Source: an uncultured bacterium
GTDB taxonomy: Bacteria; SAR324; NAC60-12
Direction of reading: 5' to 3'
Assembly: GCA_965662235.1 (NCBI GenBank)
Contig: CBFIGY010000003.1
Coordinates: 1-64,000, forward strand
DNA: 64,000 nt
In this document: positions 38,778-48,543 of the stretch, in pieces
Position numbering within the stretch: position 1 is the first letter of the stretch
Layout of the letters: each line of letters starts with the position of its first letter
The notes under the pieces: model-generated
What the model saw: the letters and a program-made list of their open reading frames with translations, nothing else
Told to the model about the DNA's origin: nothing
The model's database searches: none
Translations under genes and position numbers: made by a program

Positions 38778-39458
38778 ATGCTCATTGAAGTCGCGGGACT
38801 GCACAAAAGTTACCTAGATGGCGAAGGCCAACCGCTGCACATCCTCCAAGGGCTGGACTTCTCCCTTCCGGCAGACACCTCCTGCGCCATTGTGGGCGCG
38901 TCTGGAACCGGAAAGAGCACCTTCCTGCACCTCCTGGGGGCCCTGGACGAGGCTGACACGGGCAGCATCCGCTACGATGACACTGACCTGACGCAGCTGG
39001 GACGCGAGGAGCGGGCTCAGTTCCGGAACCAGCGGATCGGCTTCATCTTCCAGTTTCATCAGCTGCTTCAGGACTTTACTGCTGTGGAAAACGTGATGAT
39101 GCCGTGCCTGATTCAGGGGCAACGTCCTGCAAACGCCCACTCACAGGCGCAGGCGTTGCTGACCGAGGTGGGACTGGGGGAGCGCATGCACCACAAGCCG
39201 AGCCAGCTCTCCGGAGGCGAGCAGCAGCGTGTGGCCATTGCCCGGGCCCTCAGCAACAACCCGCAGATGGTCCTTGCCGATGAGCCTACAGGGAACCTGG
39301 ACCAGGAAACCGGACAGCAGATTGCTGAGCTGCTCCTTCGCCTGAAGCAGGAACGGGGCACCACCTTGATCACCATCACCCACAACCCTGAACTGGCCCG
39401 TTTGATGGACCGTCGCTTCCGCATGGAATCCGGACGGCTCCGGCCTCTTGCTGACTGA
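38778..39458 (+). CDS. lolD: Lipoprotein-releasing ABC transporter ATP-binding protein
   Basis: GASGTGKST, RN..IGFIFQFH.LL, LSGGEQQR, ADEPTGNLD; directly upstream of bamA. Confidence 0.85.
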   Translation: MLIEVAGLHKSYLDGEGQPLHILQGLDFSLPADTSCAIVGASGTGKSTFLHLLGALDEADTGSIRYDDTDLTQLGREERAQFRNQRIGFIFQFHQLLQDFTAVENVMMPCLIQGQRPANAHSQAQALLTEVGLGERMHHKPSQLSGGEQQRVAIARALSNNPQMVLADEPTGNLDQETGQQIAELLLRLKQERGTTLITITHNPELARLMDRRFRMESGRLRPLAD

Positions 39459-39463
39459 CCTCC

Positions 39464-41887
39464 TTGCACACCTCGTTGCCTCGCCTGCTCACTCACTTGA
39501 GCCTCAGCCTTCTGCTGCTGAGCCTCCTTGCTTCCTCTGCCTGGGCCCAGAGCCCCATCATCCGCGACGTGGAGATTGACGGAACCTCGGAACTCGAGGC
39601 GTCCCAGCTGCTGCTGCAGCTTGAGTCCACCATTGGCGCCGACCTCGACCGCCGGCTCGTCCGCAACGACCTCCACACCATCTTTGCCACGGGCGCCTTC
39701 ACCGATGTCCGTGCCGAGGTGGAGCCCCTCCCGGAGTCAGACGGCTACCGCCTTCGGTTTGTCGTCCTTGAGCGCCCGCGGATCGTTTCTCTCAAGGTCT
39801 CCGGCATCCGCAAGATCTCCCGGGATGAGACGATCGGGAACATGACGATCAAGGAGCTTGACACCTTCGACCCCGCCAAGGTTCAGGAGAACGTCCGCAT
39901 CATCCGGGACGCCTACCGCCAGAAGGGCTTCAACCGCGTCACCATCACCCCCCAGGTTGTGGAGCTGAGCCCCACGGAGCGTGCCCTCACGTTTGAGGTG
40001 GAGGAGCAGCCCCGAGTCTTCCTTACGGACATCTCAGTGGCTGGAACCTCCTTCTACTCGGAGCTCGACATCAAGCGCTTCATCATGAGCGCTGAGATCG
40101 ACTGCACCTCCTGGATGAACAGCTCCGGCGTCTTTCAGGAGGAGATGGTCAACCAGGACCTGGCGCTCATTGCCCAGCAGTACCTCAAGAACGGCTACAT
40201 CAAGGTCTTCATCGACAAACCGGACGTGGAGCTGGTCCACAACCCCGACTACTCACGCCTCTCCATTGCCCTCGACATCACGGAGGGGGAGCAGTACTTC
40301 ACCGGCAAGGTAGACGTCAGCGGTGACCTGATGAACAACCGAGACGCGCTGCTGGAACTGATTCAGCTGGAAACCGGAGCCGTTTACAACCCCTTCCTCC
40401 AGAACCAGGACCGCTCTGCCCTCACCGAGGCCTACACGGAACGGGGCTACGCCTTTGCCCGGGTCATTCCCCGGACCACCCTCCACGAGGACAACCGAAC
40501 CGTTGACGTCAACTACCAGATCCTCAAGGGCGAGAAGGCTTACATCGGTCGCATTGAAGTGGACGGCAACGCTGAAACCCGCGACCACGTCATCCGCCGT
40601 GAGTTCGAGGTGCTTGAGGAGCAGCTCTTCAACGGAAAGAAGCTCCGGATGAGCCAGGAGAACCTGACCCGGCTCGGCTTCTTCGAGCAGGGCCTGACGC
40701 TGGACCGCTCCCCTCGGGCCCGGGAAGACAACGTTCTCGACATCATTGCTCGGCTCAAGGAAGGGCAAACGGGCTCCTTCCAGGCCCAGATTGGTTACAG
40801 TGACGTCTCCGGTTTCACCGGGGGCCTCTCCCTTTCCAAAGGAAACCTGCTCGGCACCGGACGGACCCTGCGGCTCAATGCCCAGTTTGCGGAAAAGGAC
40901 GTCAGCCAGCAGTTCAGCGCCACCCTGATTGAGCCTCGCCTGCTCGGCACCCGCATTTCCAGCTCCGTCAGCGCCTCCACCAGTCAGGTACAGGCCAACA
41001 CCGCCCTAGAGCAGGGCAACCTGACAGAAAACAGCTACGGCTTCAGCCTCGGGGTTCCGGTGTACTTCCGGAACCTGCGCTTCAGCACCTCGGTCCGGGC
41101 CCTGGATCGTCTCTACACCACAGAGACCCCGAACCTCTACAAACGTTCGGTCACGCCTTCGCTGGAGTGGAACTCGGTGAACCACCCGATCTTCCCCACT
41201 GCAGGCGTCAAGGCCAATGTATCGGTTGCACAGACCGGGACCCCGTTTGGAGGCAACGTCGAGTTCCGGGAGTACCAGCTCAACTACCAGCAGTTCTGGT
41301 CCCTCAACGCCACGGGCACCCTGATCTTCATGGCCAAGGGCCACTACGGGCTGCTGCAGAAAACCGGCGCTTCTCCAATTCCGACCGAAGACCGCTACCG
41401 CATGGGCGGCATCAACACCCTCCGGGGCCACAACTACTACGCCCTCTCAGGGCCCTACGGCACCAACGAGCAGTACCGAAATCAGGTGACGGAAGTGTAC
41501 ACGGATGAACTGGGTTACGACGTCATCCGCAGCTACGACGCCCGAACCATCGGCCTTTCTGATGAGGAGCTGAAGCAGCTGATTTCCGGAGGCGTGATGG
41601 AACGTCTGTTCACCACAGAGCTGCTCTTCCCGGTGAGTCAAGATGAGCGGAGCTTTGTCCGGGGGGTTGTCTTTTTGGATGCAGGAAACGTCAACGCCGA
41701 GCCCATTCAGTACACGCTCCTCAATGAGCCAGAGCCCGCTTTCCTGGACCTGCGTCGCAGCGCCGGATTTGGCTTTCGGGTCATTTCACCCGTCGGCGTC
41801 CTCCGCTTCGAGTACGGTTTCAAGCTTGACAAGCGGGACTATGAAAGCCCGGACCGCTTCGAGTTCACCATCAGCGGGCTCTTCTGA
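39464..41887 (+). CDS. bamA: Outer membrane protein assembly factor BamA
   Basis: Signal peptide, POTRA repeats (GN..TRD.VIRRE), GG.NTLRG, SPVG.LRFEYG, C-terminal Phe. Confidence 0.95.
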   Translation: MHTSLPRLLTHLSLSLLLLSLLASSAWAQSPIIRDVEIDGTSELEASQLLLQLESTIGADLDRRLVRNDLHTIFATGAFTDVRAEVEPLPESDGYRLRFVVLERPRIVSLKVSGIRKISRDETIGNMTIKELDTFDPAKVQENVRIIRDAYRQKGFNRVTITPQVVELSPTERALTFEVEEQPRVFLTDISVAGTSFYSELDIKRFIMSAEIDCTSWMNSSGVFQEEMVNQDLALIAQQYLKNGYIKVFIDKPDVELVHNPDYSRLSIALDITEGEQYFTGKVDVSGDLMNNRDALLELIQLETGAVYNPFLQNQDRSALTEAYTERGYAFARVIPRTTLHEDNRTVDVNYQILKGEKAYIGRIEVDGNAETRDHVIRREFEVLEEQLFNGKKLRMSQENLTRLGFFEQGLTLDRSPRAREDNVLDIIARLKEGQTGSFQAQIGYSDVSGFTGGLSLSKGNLLGTGRTLRLNAQFAEKDVSQQFSATLIEPRLLGTRISSSVSASTSQVQANTALEQGNLTENSYGFSLGVPVYFRNLRFSTSVRALDRLYTTETPNLYKRSVTPSLEWNSVNHPIFPTAGVKANVSVAQTGTPFGGNVEFREYQLNYQQFWSLNATGTLIFMAKGHYGLLQKTGASPIPTEDRYRMGGINTLRGHNYYALSGPYGTNEQYRNQVTEVYTDELGYDVIRSYDARTIGLSDEELKQLISGGVMERLFTTELLFPVSQDERSFVRGVVFLDAGNVNAEPIQYTLLNEPEPAFLDLRRSAGFGFRVISPVGVLRFEYGFKLDKRDYESPDRFEFTISGLF

Positions 41888-41991
41888 CCCCACCCCAGAG
41901 GCCCCCCTGCGCCCGCTCTTTGCTTGCGGGTTCACAGAGGCTCCGATAGGGTGAAGGTTCCTTGATTCTAGACCCCACTGCTCCGTCTGGC

Positions 41992-42345
41992 ATGCCCTCC
42001 ACTCGCCTTCAAATTGTTGCTCAGGTGCTCACGGTGGCGCTGCTGCACTGGATGGCGGCGCTGCCTCCGCACTGGGTCCATCACCTGCCCTTGGGCCAGT
42101 CTGCGGTGTCTCAGCACCAGCATGCCCATGCTGACTCGCACCATGAGTCGCACCAGCAGCAGGTGGAGCGCGATGCTGAATGCGTCCTCCTGCAACAGGC
42201 TCAGCTTGCCGGACTGTCGCTTCTGCCGCAGGCCCTGACGCTGCTTCCACCGGACGCACCGCTCGGGTCGATCCGCCTGCCACAGGCAGCCTTTCCTTCA
42301 TCTCCCTTTTCCCCCTCTTCGCCTTCGCGCGGCCCCCCGGTCTAA
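41992..42345 (+). CDS. His-rich exported leader protein ending in RGPP (DUF2946/CutF-like)
   Basis: Hydrophobic N-terminus, HQHAHADSHHESH tract, single Cys, Pro-rich tail SPSRGPPV-stop, upstream of copper chaperone genes. Confidence 0.7.
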   Translation: MPSTRLQIVAQVLTVALLHWMAALPPHWVHHLPLGQSAVSQHQHAHADSHHESHQQQVERDAECVLLQQAQLAGLSLLPQALTLLPPDAPLGSIRLPQAAFPSSPFSPSSPSRGPPV

Positions 42346-42413
42346 CGTCTCACCGTTTCGTATCATCCTGACTTCCGGCACCATCCGGATCACTCTGACT
42401 CGACGAGGGTTTC

Positions 42414-42980
42414 ATGCGTACATTCATCGTCATGCTGGCATTCCTGTTTCTGACAGGCTCGGCTCAGGCCGAACTGAAGGAATACGGGAGCATGGGAGGA
42501 GACTTCACCCTTCCCAGTTCTTTGGACCGCCCGGTCTCGCTTAAGGAGTTCCGGGGCCAGGTGGTGCTCCTCTTTTTTGGGTACACCGCCTGTCCTGACA
42601 TCTGCCCCACCACCATGGTCCGGGTGCAGCAGGCTCTGAAGGAGCTGGACCCTGAGGTGGAGGCCCAGGTGCAGCCGCTGTTCATTTCTGTGGATCCGGA
42701 ACGCGACACCCCCGAGCAGCTTCAGGGATACGTTACTTACTTTCACCCCCGCTTCATTGGCCTGACGGGTTCCCTTGATGAACTCAAGGCCGTGGCCAAG
42801 CAGTATGGGGCCTTCTTTGCCAAAGACTCCCGCACCGAAACCGCCGCGGGCTACCTGGTTGCGCACTCCGGATACGTCTACCTCCTTGATGGCGAGGGAC
42901 AGCTCCGAGCGCTCTATCGGCAAGATGCTGAGCCCAGTGAGATGGCAGACGACATTGCCACTTTGGCAGACGACCTTTAA
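42414..42980 (+). CDS. SCO1/SenC family copper chaperone
   Basis: FFGYTACPDICP (CxxxC), ISVDPERD, YLVAHS. Confidence 0.95.
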   Translation: MRTFIVMLAFLFLTGSAQAELKEYGSMGGDFTLPSSLDRPVSLKEFRGQVVLLFFGYTACPDICPTTMVRVQQALKELDPEVEAQVQPLFISVDPERDTPEQLQGYVTYFHPRFIGLTGSLDELKAVAKQYGAFFAKDSRTETAAGYLVAHSGYVYLLDGEGQLRALYRQDAEPSEMADDIATLADDL

Positions 42981-43006
42981 TCCCTTCACTGAATGAGATT
43001 TTTTCT

Positions 43007-43522
43007 ATGACCCCTTCTTCGAAATGGATTCTGGCCCTTCTCGTGGCCCTTTCCCTAGGCATCGGCACCTCTGTTCAGGCCCAGTCCATGGACGGCTCTG
43101 GTGTGGAAGCACACGAAGCGTGGATCCGAGCCACGCCCCCGAATGCCTCAAGCAGTGCCGCCTACATGCACTTGATGAACTACCAGAACACCCCGGACGC
43201 CTTGATTGCCGCAAGCTCTCCGCTTGCCGAGGTGACCGAAATCCATAACGTCCGGGAGCAGGACGGGATGATGCGGATGTTCCCAGTGGACGCCGTGGAC
43301 ATTCCGGCAGAAGGCATGGCAGAGCTGAAGCCCGGGAGCTTCCACGTCATGTTCATCAAGCTCAAGCAGGCGCCTCAACCCGGAGAGACCTACCCGGTCA
43401 CCCTCCGCTTCCGTCATGCCCCGGAAATCACGGTTCAGGTTCCGGTGATGCAAAACGCGGCTCCCATGGATCATGACACGATGCACAAGATGCATCATGG
43501 GAGCGACAACATGAAGAACTAG
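43007..43522 (+). CDS. PCu(A)C periplasmic copper chaperone
   Basis: AWIRA, AAYM, EIH...GMMRM, LKPG..HVM; Met/His-rich tail MDHDTMHKMHH. Confidence 0.93.
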   Translation: MTPSSKWILALLVALSLGIGTSVQAQSMDGSGVEAHEAWIRATPPNASSSAAYMHLMNYQNTPDALIAASSPLAEVTEIHNVREQDGMMRMFPVDAVDIPAEGMAELKPGSFHVMFIKLKQAPQPGETYPVTLRFRHAPEITVQVPVMQNAAPMDHDTMHKMHHGSDNMKN

Positions 43523-43524
43523 CC

Positions 43525-44583
43525 ATGACCCAACCTCCTCGTCCCCCTCGGGCCAAGACTGGACAGGCGGTGGCATTGCTGGTGGCCGGACTGGTGGGGG
43601 TCGCCCTCGCTTGGACTGCCGGCCCCATGCAGTCCGGCTCCTCTGCGAAGAATAACCTGCTTCCAGAGCAGCAGGGCGAGCACCCGCTTCAGGCCGGTCA
43701 AGGCGCCGAGAATTGTTTCACGGTTCACCCAGACCAGCAGCTGGACTACCAGTTTCAGGCGTCTGGGAACGTGTACTTTGATGTGCATTACCACATTGGT
43801 CAGGAGGTTGGGTACAGCACCCGCCTCCCGGAGGCCCAGACCGGTCAGGGCTCCGTGCGTCCTCCTCAGAAGGACATTTACTGCCTGTACTGGGAAAACC
43901 GGGGGGCCTCCGAGGTTCGTGTGACCTACTCCGGCATCCTGGCGTCTCAGGATCCCAATCAGGTCCGGACTGAGCTGCGGCTGCGCTACCAGGCAGACAC
44001 GCAGAGCATTGGGGCCTTTGACCTCTCTGACCAGGAACGCTTCACCCTCAAGGTGGGGCACCCGGTCCTCAACTTCTCCCTCAACAACGAAGCGTCTCTG
44101 CTCGCCGTGCTGGTGTCAGATGTTCCGGACCCGCTGCGGGTGTATGAGTTGCCCTCAGGAACCCTGCGGTACGCGCTGCCGCTGGACCAGACCCCGCGTT
44201 TCCTCGTCTTCTCCGGCGATGACCGCTTCCTGGCCCTAGGAGATGAGCACATGCAGCAGGTCACCCGGGTGGACCTCGAGATGGCTCAGGAGGAACGCCT
44301 GCTCCTTCCTGCGGCACCTCAGGCGCTGTCTCCGGACAAGGATCCACAGTTCTTTCTGGCGCGACTGGAAGGCGAGGTGATCAAGGTGGGATTTGACCCG
44401 CTGGAAGTCACGGAGCGGCGGGCCAAGATCGAGTTGGCGTTTGGAGAGGAAACCATTCTGGCGGATCCGGAAGAAGTCTGTTTTGCGCATGGGGTGCCGC
44501 ATCCGCTCTACACCCCCATTCCGGAAGCCATGAGCCCGCAGGGTCTGCCTGCGTCTGTGCTCCTGGCCGCACAACCGCTTTAA
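43525..44583 (+). CDS. Hypothetical exported protein (beta-sandwich-like N-domain, partial beta-propeller-like C-domain)
   Basis: Signal/TM segment; FDVHYH...YCLYWEN; blade-like FSLNNEASLLAV and FSGDDRFLAL; 2 nt after the PCuAC gene. Confidence 0.6.
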   Translation: MTQPPRPPRAKTGQAVALLVAGLVGVALAWTAGPMQSGSSAKNNLLPEQQGEHPLQAGQGAENCFTVHPDQQLDYQFQASGNVYFDVHYHIGQEVGYSTRLPEAQTGQGSVRPPQKDIYCLYWENRGASEVRVTYSGILASQDPNQVRTELRLRYQADTQSIGAFDLSDQERFTLKVGHPVLNFSLNNEASLLAVLVSDVPDPLRVYELPSGTLRYALPLDQTPRFLVFSGDDRFLALGDEHMQQVTRVDLEMAQEERLLLPAAPQALSPDKDPQFFLARLEGEVIKVGFDPLEVTERRAKIELAFGEETILADPEEVCFAHGVPHPLYTPIPEAMSPQGLPASVLLAAQPL

Positions 44584-44598
44584 CCCTACAGGAGGCAC

Positions 44599-45312
44599 AT
44601 GCCTGCAGCTTCTACCGTTTGGGTCACCGGCGCCGCGGGTGGCATTGGCACCGCCGTGGCGCGTCGCTTTCAGCAGTCCGGGGCCACGGTCCTGGGAACC
44701 GACCTAGCGGCCACCGGTCCGGAGGCCTGCACCCGGTACGTGCCTCTTGACAGCACCGACGAGTCAGCGGTCGAGGCCTTCTGCCAAGAAGTCCAGACGC
44801 AGTACGGAAGCCTCCAAACCCTTGTGCACTGTGTCGGAAAAACCCAAACGGGAGACCTGGCGTCCACATCCCTCAGTGACTGGAACGCCCTTCTGGCCGC
44901 CAACCTGACATCGTGTTTCCTGGTTGCCAAGCACGTCCAGCCTCTGCTGGAACCGAACCGGGCCTCTGCCGTGTTCATTGGCTCCACCAATGCGCACAAT
45001 GGAGGAAGCGCGCTCTCCGGCGCAGCGTACGCGGTTGCCAAAGCGGGGGTGGAAAACCTGGTGCGGTACTTGGCCCGGGAGTGGGCGGAGGCCGGATTGC
45101 GGGTCAACGCCGTCTCTCCCGGACCCGTGGAAACGCCCATGGTGACCCGGTTCGAGGCGCCTGTTTTGAAGAAGCTGGAGCAGGCTGGACTCCGCGGGAG
45201 ACTGGGCACTCCGGAAGAGATTGCGGCGGCCATTCACTTCCTTGCCAGCCCTGAGGCCGACTGGATGACCGGCGTCAGCCTCAACCTCTCAGGCGGACTG
45301 ATCCTCCGGTGA
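44599..45312 (+). CDS. SDR family oxidoreductase
   Basis: VTGAAGGIG, YAVAK, VNAVSPGPVET; SD ggagg. Confidence 0.9.
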   Translation: MPAASTVWVTGAAGGIGTAVARRFQQSGATVLGTDLAATGPEACTRYVPLDSTDESAVEAFCQEVQTQYGSLQTLVHCVGKTQTGDLASTSLSDWNALLAANLTSCFLVAKHVQPLLEPNRASAVFIGSTNAHNGGSALSGAAYAVAKAGVENLVRYLAREWAEAGLRVNAVSPGPVETPMVTRFEAPVLKKLEQAGLRGRLGTPEEIAAAIHFLASPEADWMTGVSLNLSGGLILR

Positions 45313-46098
45313 CGTCACCGTTGCCAGAAACGCCAGCAGCCGCTCGTTCAGGTCGGCAGCCCGTTCCATCTGCACAAGGTGTCCGGCGCCTTCCCACACC
45401 GTCACCTGCGCCTGCGGAAGCGCTTGGGCGTGGGTGACCGGGAGGATCGCGTCTTCCTGTCCCCACAGCACCAGCGTCGGCGGCTCCGGTGCCGACGGAG
45501 GAGGTCCTTCCGCCTGCAACGCGGTCACCGCGCTTTCCAGTTGCTGCAGCGCCTCCGTAACGCCCTCCTGCTGCTTGTAGGCCAGAATCGCCTCCACCAC
45601 CGAATCACTCACCAACCCGGGATTCGCAAACAGCTGCTGAACGACCGGCTTCAGCGTTGCCACCGAAGATGCCGCAATGAAGCCCTCCAGGAAGGACCCG
45701 TTGACCTCTGTCCCCAGCCCGGCACTGCTGATGAGCGTCAGGGACTGAACCTGTTCCGGATGCTGCTGCGCCAGCTTCAGCACCAAGGCGCCTCCCAGCG
45801 AGTGCCCCACCGCGTGCACGCGGGGGAGTTCCCTTTCTGTCAGAAACCGGCTCAGCCACTCGGCGAGTTCCGGAAGAGTAGTCGCAGGGAGGCGTTTATC
45901 GGATTTGCCGTGTCCCGGCAGATCGAGGGCCACCACGCGGTGCACCTGAGCCAGCGCTTCTAGGTTGAAGAGCCAGTTGTCCAGGTCTCCTCCGAAGCCA
46001 TGCACCAGCAGCACCGTTGAACCGGAGCCCCGATCGGTGTAGTGCACCGGCAGGCCTTCTACTTCGGTCAGAAAGAAAGGGGGCGCGACGGTGGGCAT
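45289..46098 (-). CDS. Alpha/beta-hydrolase matching the catalytic half of AcoC-type acetoin dehydrogenase E2
   Basis: LVHGFGGDLDNWLFN, DLPGHG, GHSLGG, WGQED.ILP, AGHLVQME; no lipoyl domain. Confidence 0.8.
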   Translation of the reverse strand: MPTVAPPFFLTEVEGLPVHYTDRGSGSTVLLVHGFGGDLDNWLFNLEALAQVHRVVALDLPGHGKSDKRLPATTLPELAEWLSRFLTERELPRVHAVGHSLGGALVLKLAQQHPEQVQSLTLISSAGLGTEVNGSFLEGFIAASSVATLKPVVQQLFANPGLVSDSVVEAILAYKQQEGVTEALQQLESAVTALQAEGPPPSAPEPPTLVLWGQEDAILPVTHAQALPQAQVTVWEGAGHLVQMERAADLNERLLAFLATVTSPEDQSA

Positions 46099-46180
46099 GA
46101 TCTCCTCAGAAAAAAGAAGGTTGTGGGAAAAGCAACCCCGGTTTGCAGAAGCCTACCGGGGCGCATGGCCGGCTCGGCCG

Positions 46181-47236
46181 TCATGAAGCCGACTGAAGGC
46201 GCCGCAGGTACAGGTCTCGTTGCTGCCCCACCTGCAGGGTGCGTTCGACCTCCAGCACACATGGGCCTTCGGCAACCAGCTCCACTTCCAGCTCCTCGCC
46301 CTGAAGCTCCCGGACGCGTTCTCCGTCCACCAGCACCGTGCCTTCTGACACTTCAATGGTCCGGACCTGCCCCACGTGCAGCGGCTCCACCACCTCCAGC
46401 GGTACCGGCTGTACCACGCCTGCCGTTAGGACCGCCTGAACCTCAAACTGGTTTCCCATGAACGCTGCAGCGCCTTGGGGCGTCAGCGGAGGAATCTCCA
46501 AAACAGCACCCGGGATGCCACAGAGCCCCGACGCCCCAGGGAAGCAGCGGGTGACAAAAACCGCCCGAAGGTCATCCGCCTTCCACACGGCTCGCCCACC
46601 AATCCGGGTCTGACGGGAAATGGCTAGGTCCACCAACGCCGTCTCTTCCCAGTCCTCGGTCCGGGCCAGCAACAGCTTATGGCGGGGAGTCAGGGACTGA
46701 ACAATGTACCCCGATTGCTTCAGCCGCAGAAACGTCGCTGCTGCCACACCAGCCTGAGTGGCCTCTGCCTGCAGGGGGAAGATGTTGTTGGTTCCCGCCG
46801 ACAGCGGCAACAGGGGAACCGACTGAGCTTCCAGCGCCACCAACCGGTTGGTGCCATCGCCCCCAAAGGTGATGATGAGGTCACACCCCGCGGCTCGCAT
46901 CAGACGGGTTGCTTCTAGGGTATCCTGTGGCGTCCCCGTTGGCTTCAGGTCCAGCGGCTCCAGCTGCACCCCTTTGGGAAAGGCATCGGGGGCATCCGGA
47001 AGGGGCGTCAGGGCCGAGTACGCCTGAGGCGCCAGCCCCAGACGTTCTGGCATGTACAGCACCCGGCAGGGTCCCAACGCCCGGAGTCCCGCCAGCACCC
47101 GGGTGATCCGGTTCACCTTCACCAGGTGGGTCACCGTTTCTGCGCTGGAAACCAGGCGTCGCATGTCGTGTCCAGAAGACGGGTTTGCCACTAAACCGAC
47201 GAGGGGCACCCCGCCTTCCGGACGTCTCCTCAGCAT
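46181..47236 (-). CDS. acoX: AcoX-like ATP-NAD kinase family protein
   Basis: ANPSSGHDMRRLV, GGDGTNR, LSAGTNN.FP, DGER; located in the aco cluster. Confidence 0.85.
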   Translation of the reverse strand: MLRRRPEGGVPLVGLVANPSSGHDMRRLVSSAETVTHLVKVNRITRVLAGLRALGPCRVLYMPERLGLAPQAYSALTPLPDAPDAFPKGVQLEPLDLKPTGTPQDTLEATRLMRAAGCDLIITFGGDGTNRLVALEAQSVPLLPLSAGTNNIFPLQAEATQAGVAAATFLRLKQSGYIVQSLTPRHKLLLARTEDWEETALVDLAISRQTRIGGRAVWKADDLRAVFVTRCFPGASGLCGIPGAVLEIPPLTPQGAAAFMGNQFEVQAVLTAGVVQPVPLEVVEPLHVGQVRTIEVSEGTVLVDGERVRELQGEELEVELVAEGPCVLEVERTLQVGQQRDLYLRRLQSAS

Positions 47237-47503
47237 TTAGGAGGCTGCTTCAAGGAGGGCCAGCGGAGCATCGGGCTTGAAGAGTTTCCCCTTTCCCACC
47301 ACAACCTCCTTCACCACTCCTGAAACCGGGGCCACCACCTCCAGCGTCGTCTTGACGATGACGGCTTCAGCCAGGAGGTCCCCCTCCTGAACGGTGTCGC
47401 CCACTTGAACCTCCCAGTCCTTGATCAGGCCGTCGGCTTCCTTTCCTTCCGCCGGCCAGTCCGCCTGGGTTACCACTACTTCAACCAGCGCGGGTTCGCT
47501 CAT
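47237..47503 (-). CDS. Stand-alone lipoyl-domain protein
   Basis: W.V.VGD.V.EGD.L.E....K...EV.AP.SG lipoyl fold with Lys in IVKT; 88 aa. Confidence 0.85.
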   Translation of the reverse strand: MSEPALVEVVVTQADWPAEGKEADGLIKDWEVQVGDTVQEGDLLAEAVIVKTTLEVVAPVSGVVKEVVVGKGKLFKPDAPLALLEAAS

Positions 47504-48510
47504 GACATCATGCTCCTAACAGTGCTTTCAATGTGTCCCACCTGAGGAATCACAGCCTCTTCCAGGGGACGAGTGTAGGGAATGGGGACATCCGGAACCG
47601 CGAGGCGCTTGACAGGTCCCTGCAGGTTGACGGTGTCCAGGTTTTCCGCAACGATGGCCGCAATTTCACCTGAGAGGCCGAAGCTGAGGTAGTCCTCATC
47701 CGCCACCAGCAGGCGTCCGGTCTTGCGGACCGAGTTGAGGACCGTTTCCTTGTCGAGCGGCACCAGCGTCCGCAGGTCGATGACCTCGGCACTGATCCCG
47801 TCTTTGGCCAGGGCTTCGGCGGCCAGCATGCTCTTGTGCACCATCTGGCTCAGCGTCACAATCGTCACATCCGACCCCTCACGGACAATGTTCGCCTGTC
47901 CGAAGGGAATGGTGTAAGCCTCTTCCGGAACCTCGTTGGTGCTGCCGGTGTAGTAGGCCATCCAGGGAAGGCCCATGATGCCCTTGTGAAAGAAGTACAT
48001 CACCGGATTGTCGTCCCGGATCGCACTGATCATTAGGCCCTTGGCGTCATAGGCGTTGGACGGGACCACGATCTTCAGTCCAGGAGTGTGCGCAAACAGG
48101 CTGTAGAGGCACTGAGAGTGCTGAGCCGCGTCGTTGTAGCCGCCGCCAATGGCCGTTGTCAGCACCACCGGCAGGTTGACGTTTCCGCCCGACATGTAGG
48201 TGTTCTTGGCCATGTGGTTGTAGATCTGGTCCATGCAGACCCCAAAGAAGTCCACAAACATCAGTTCCACAATCGGACGCATGCCCTCTGCGGCAGCTCC
48301 AGTGGCCGCACCAATGAAGGCGGTCTCGGAGATCGGCGTGTCCATCACCCGCTCCGGACCAAACTGGTCCAGCAGGCCTCCGGTGGCGCCAAAGATGCCT
48401 CCATACTTGGCAACATCCTCCCCCATGACAAACACATTCTCATCCTTTTGCATCTCCTGCCCAATGGCTTCCGAGATGGCTGCAGCCATGGTCAATTCAC
48501 GATTTGACAT
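47500..48510 (-). CDS. acoB: TPP-dependent acetoin/2-oxoacid dehydrogenase E1 beta subunit
   Basis: MGEDV..YGG.FG, DTPISE, AAQHSQ, EVIDLRTL.PLD. Confidence 0.85.
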   Translation of the reverse strand: MSNRELTMAAAISEAIGQEMQKDENVFVMGEDVAKYGGIFGATGGLLDQFGPERVMDTPISETAFIGAATGAAAEGMRPIVELMFVDFFGVCMDQIYNHMAKNTYMSGGNVNLPVVLTTAIGGGYNDAAQHSQCLYSLFAHTPGLKIVVPSNAYDAKGLMISAIRDDNPVMYFFHKGIMGLPWMAYYTGSTNEVPEEAYTIPFGQANIVREGSDVTIVTLSQMVHKSMLAAEALAKDGISAEVIDLRTLVPLDKETVLNSVRKTGRLLVADEDYLSFGLSGEIAAIVAENLDTVNLQGPVKRLAVPDVPIPYTRPLEEAVIPQVGHIESTVRSMMS

Positions 48511-48543
48511 GATTTTATCCTCCAATAGAAACGGTCAACAGGG

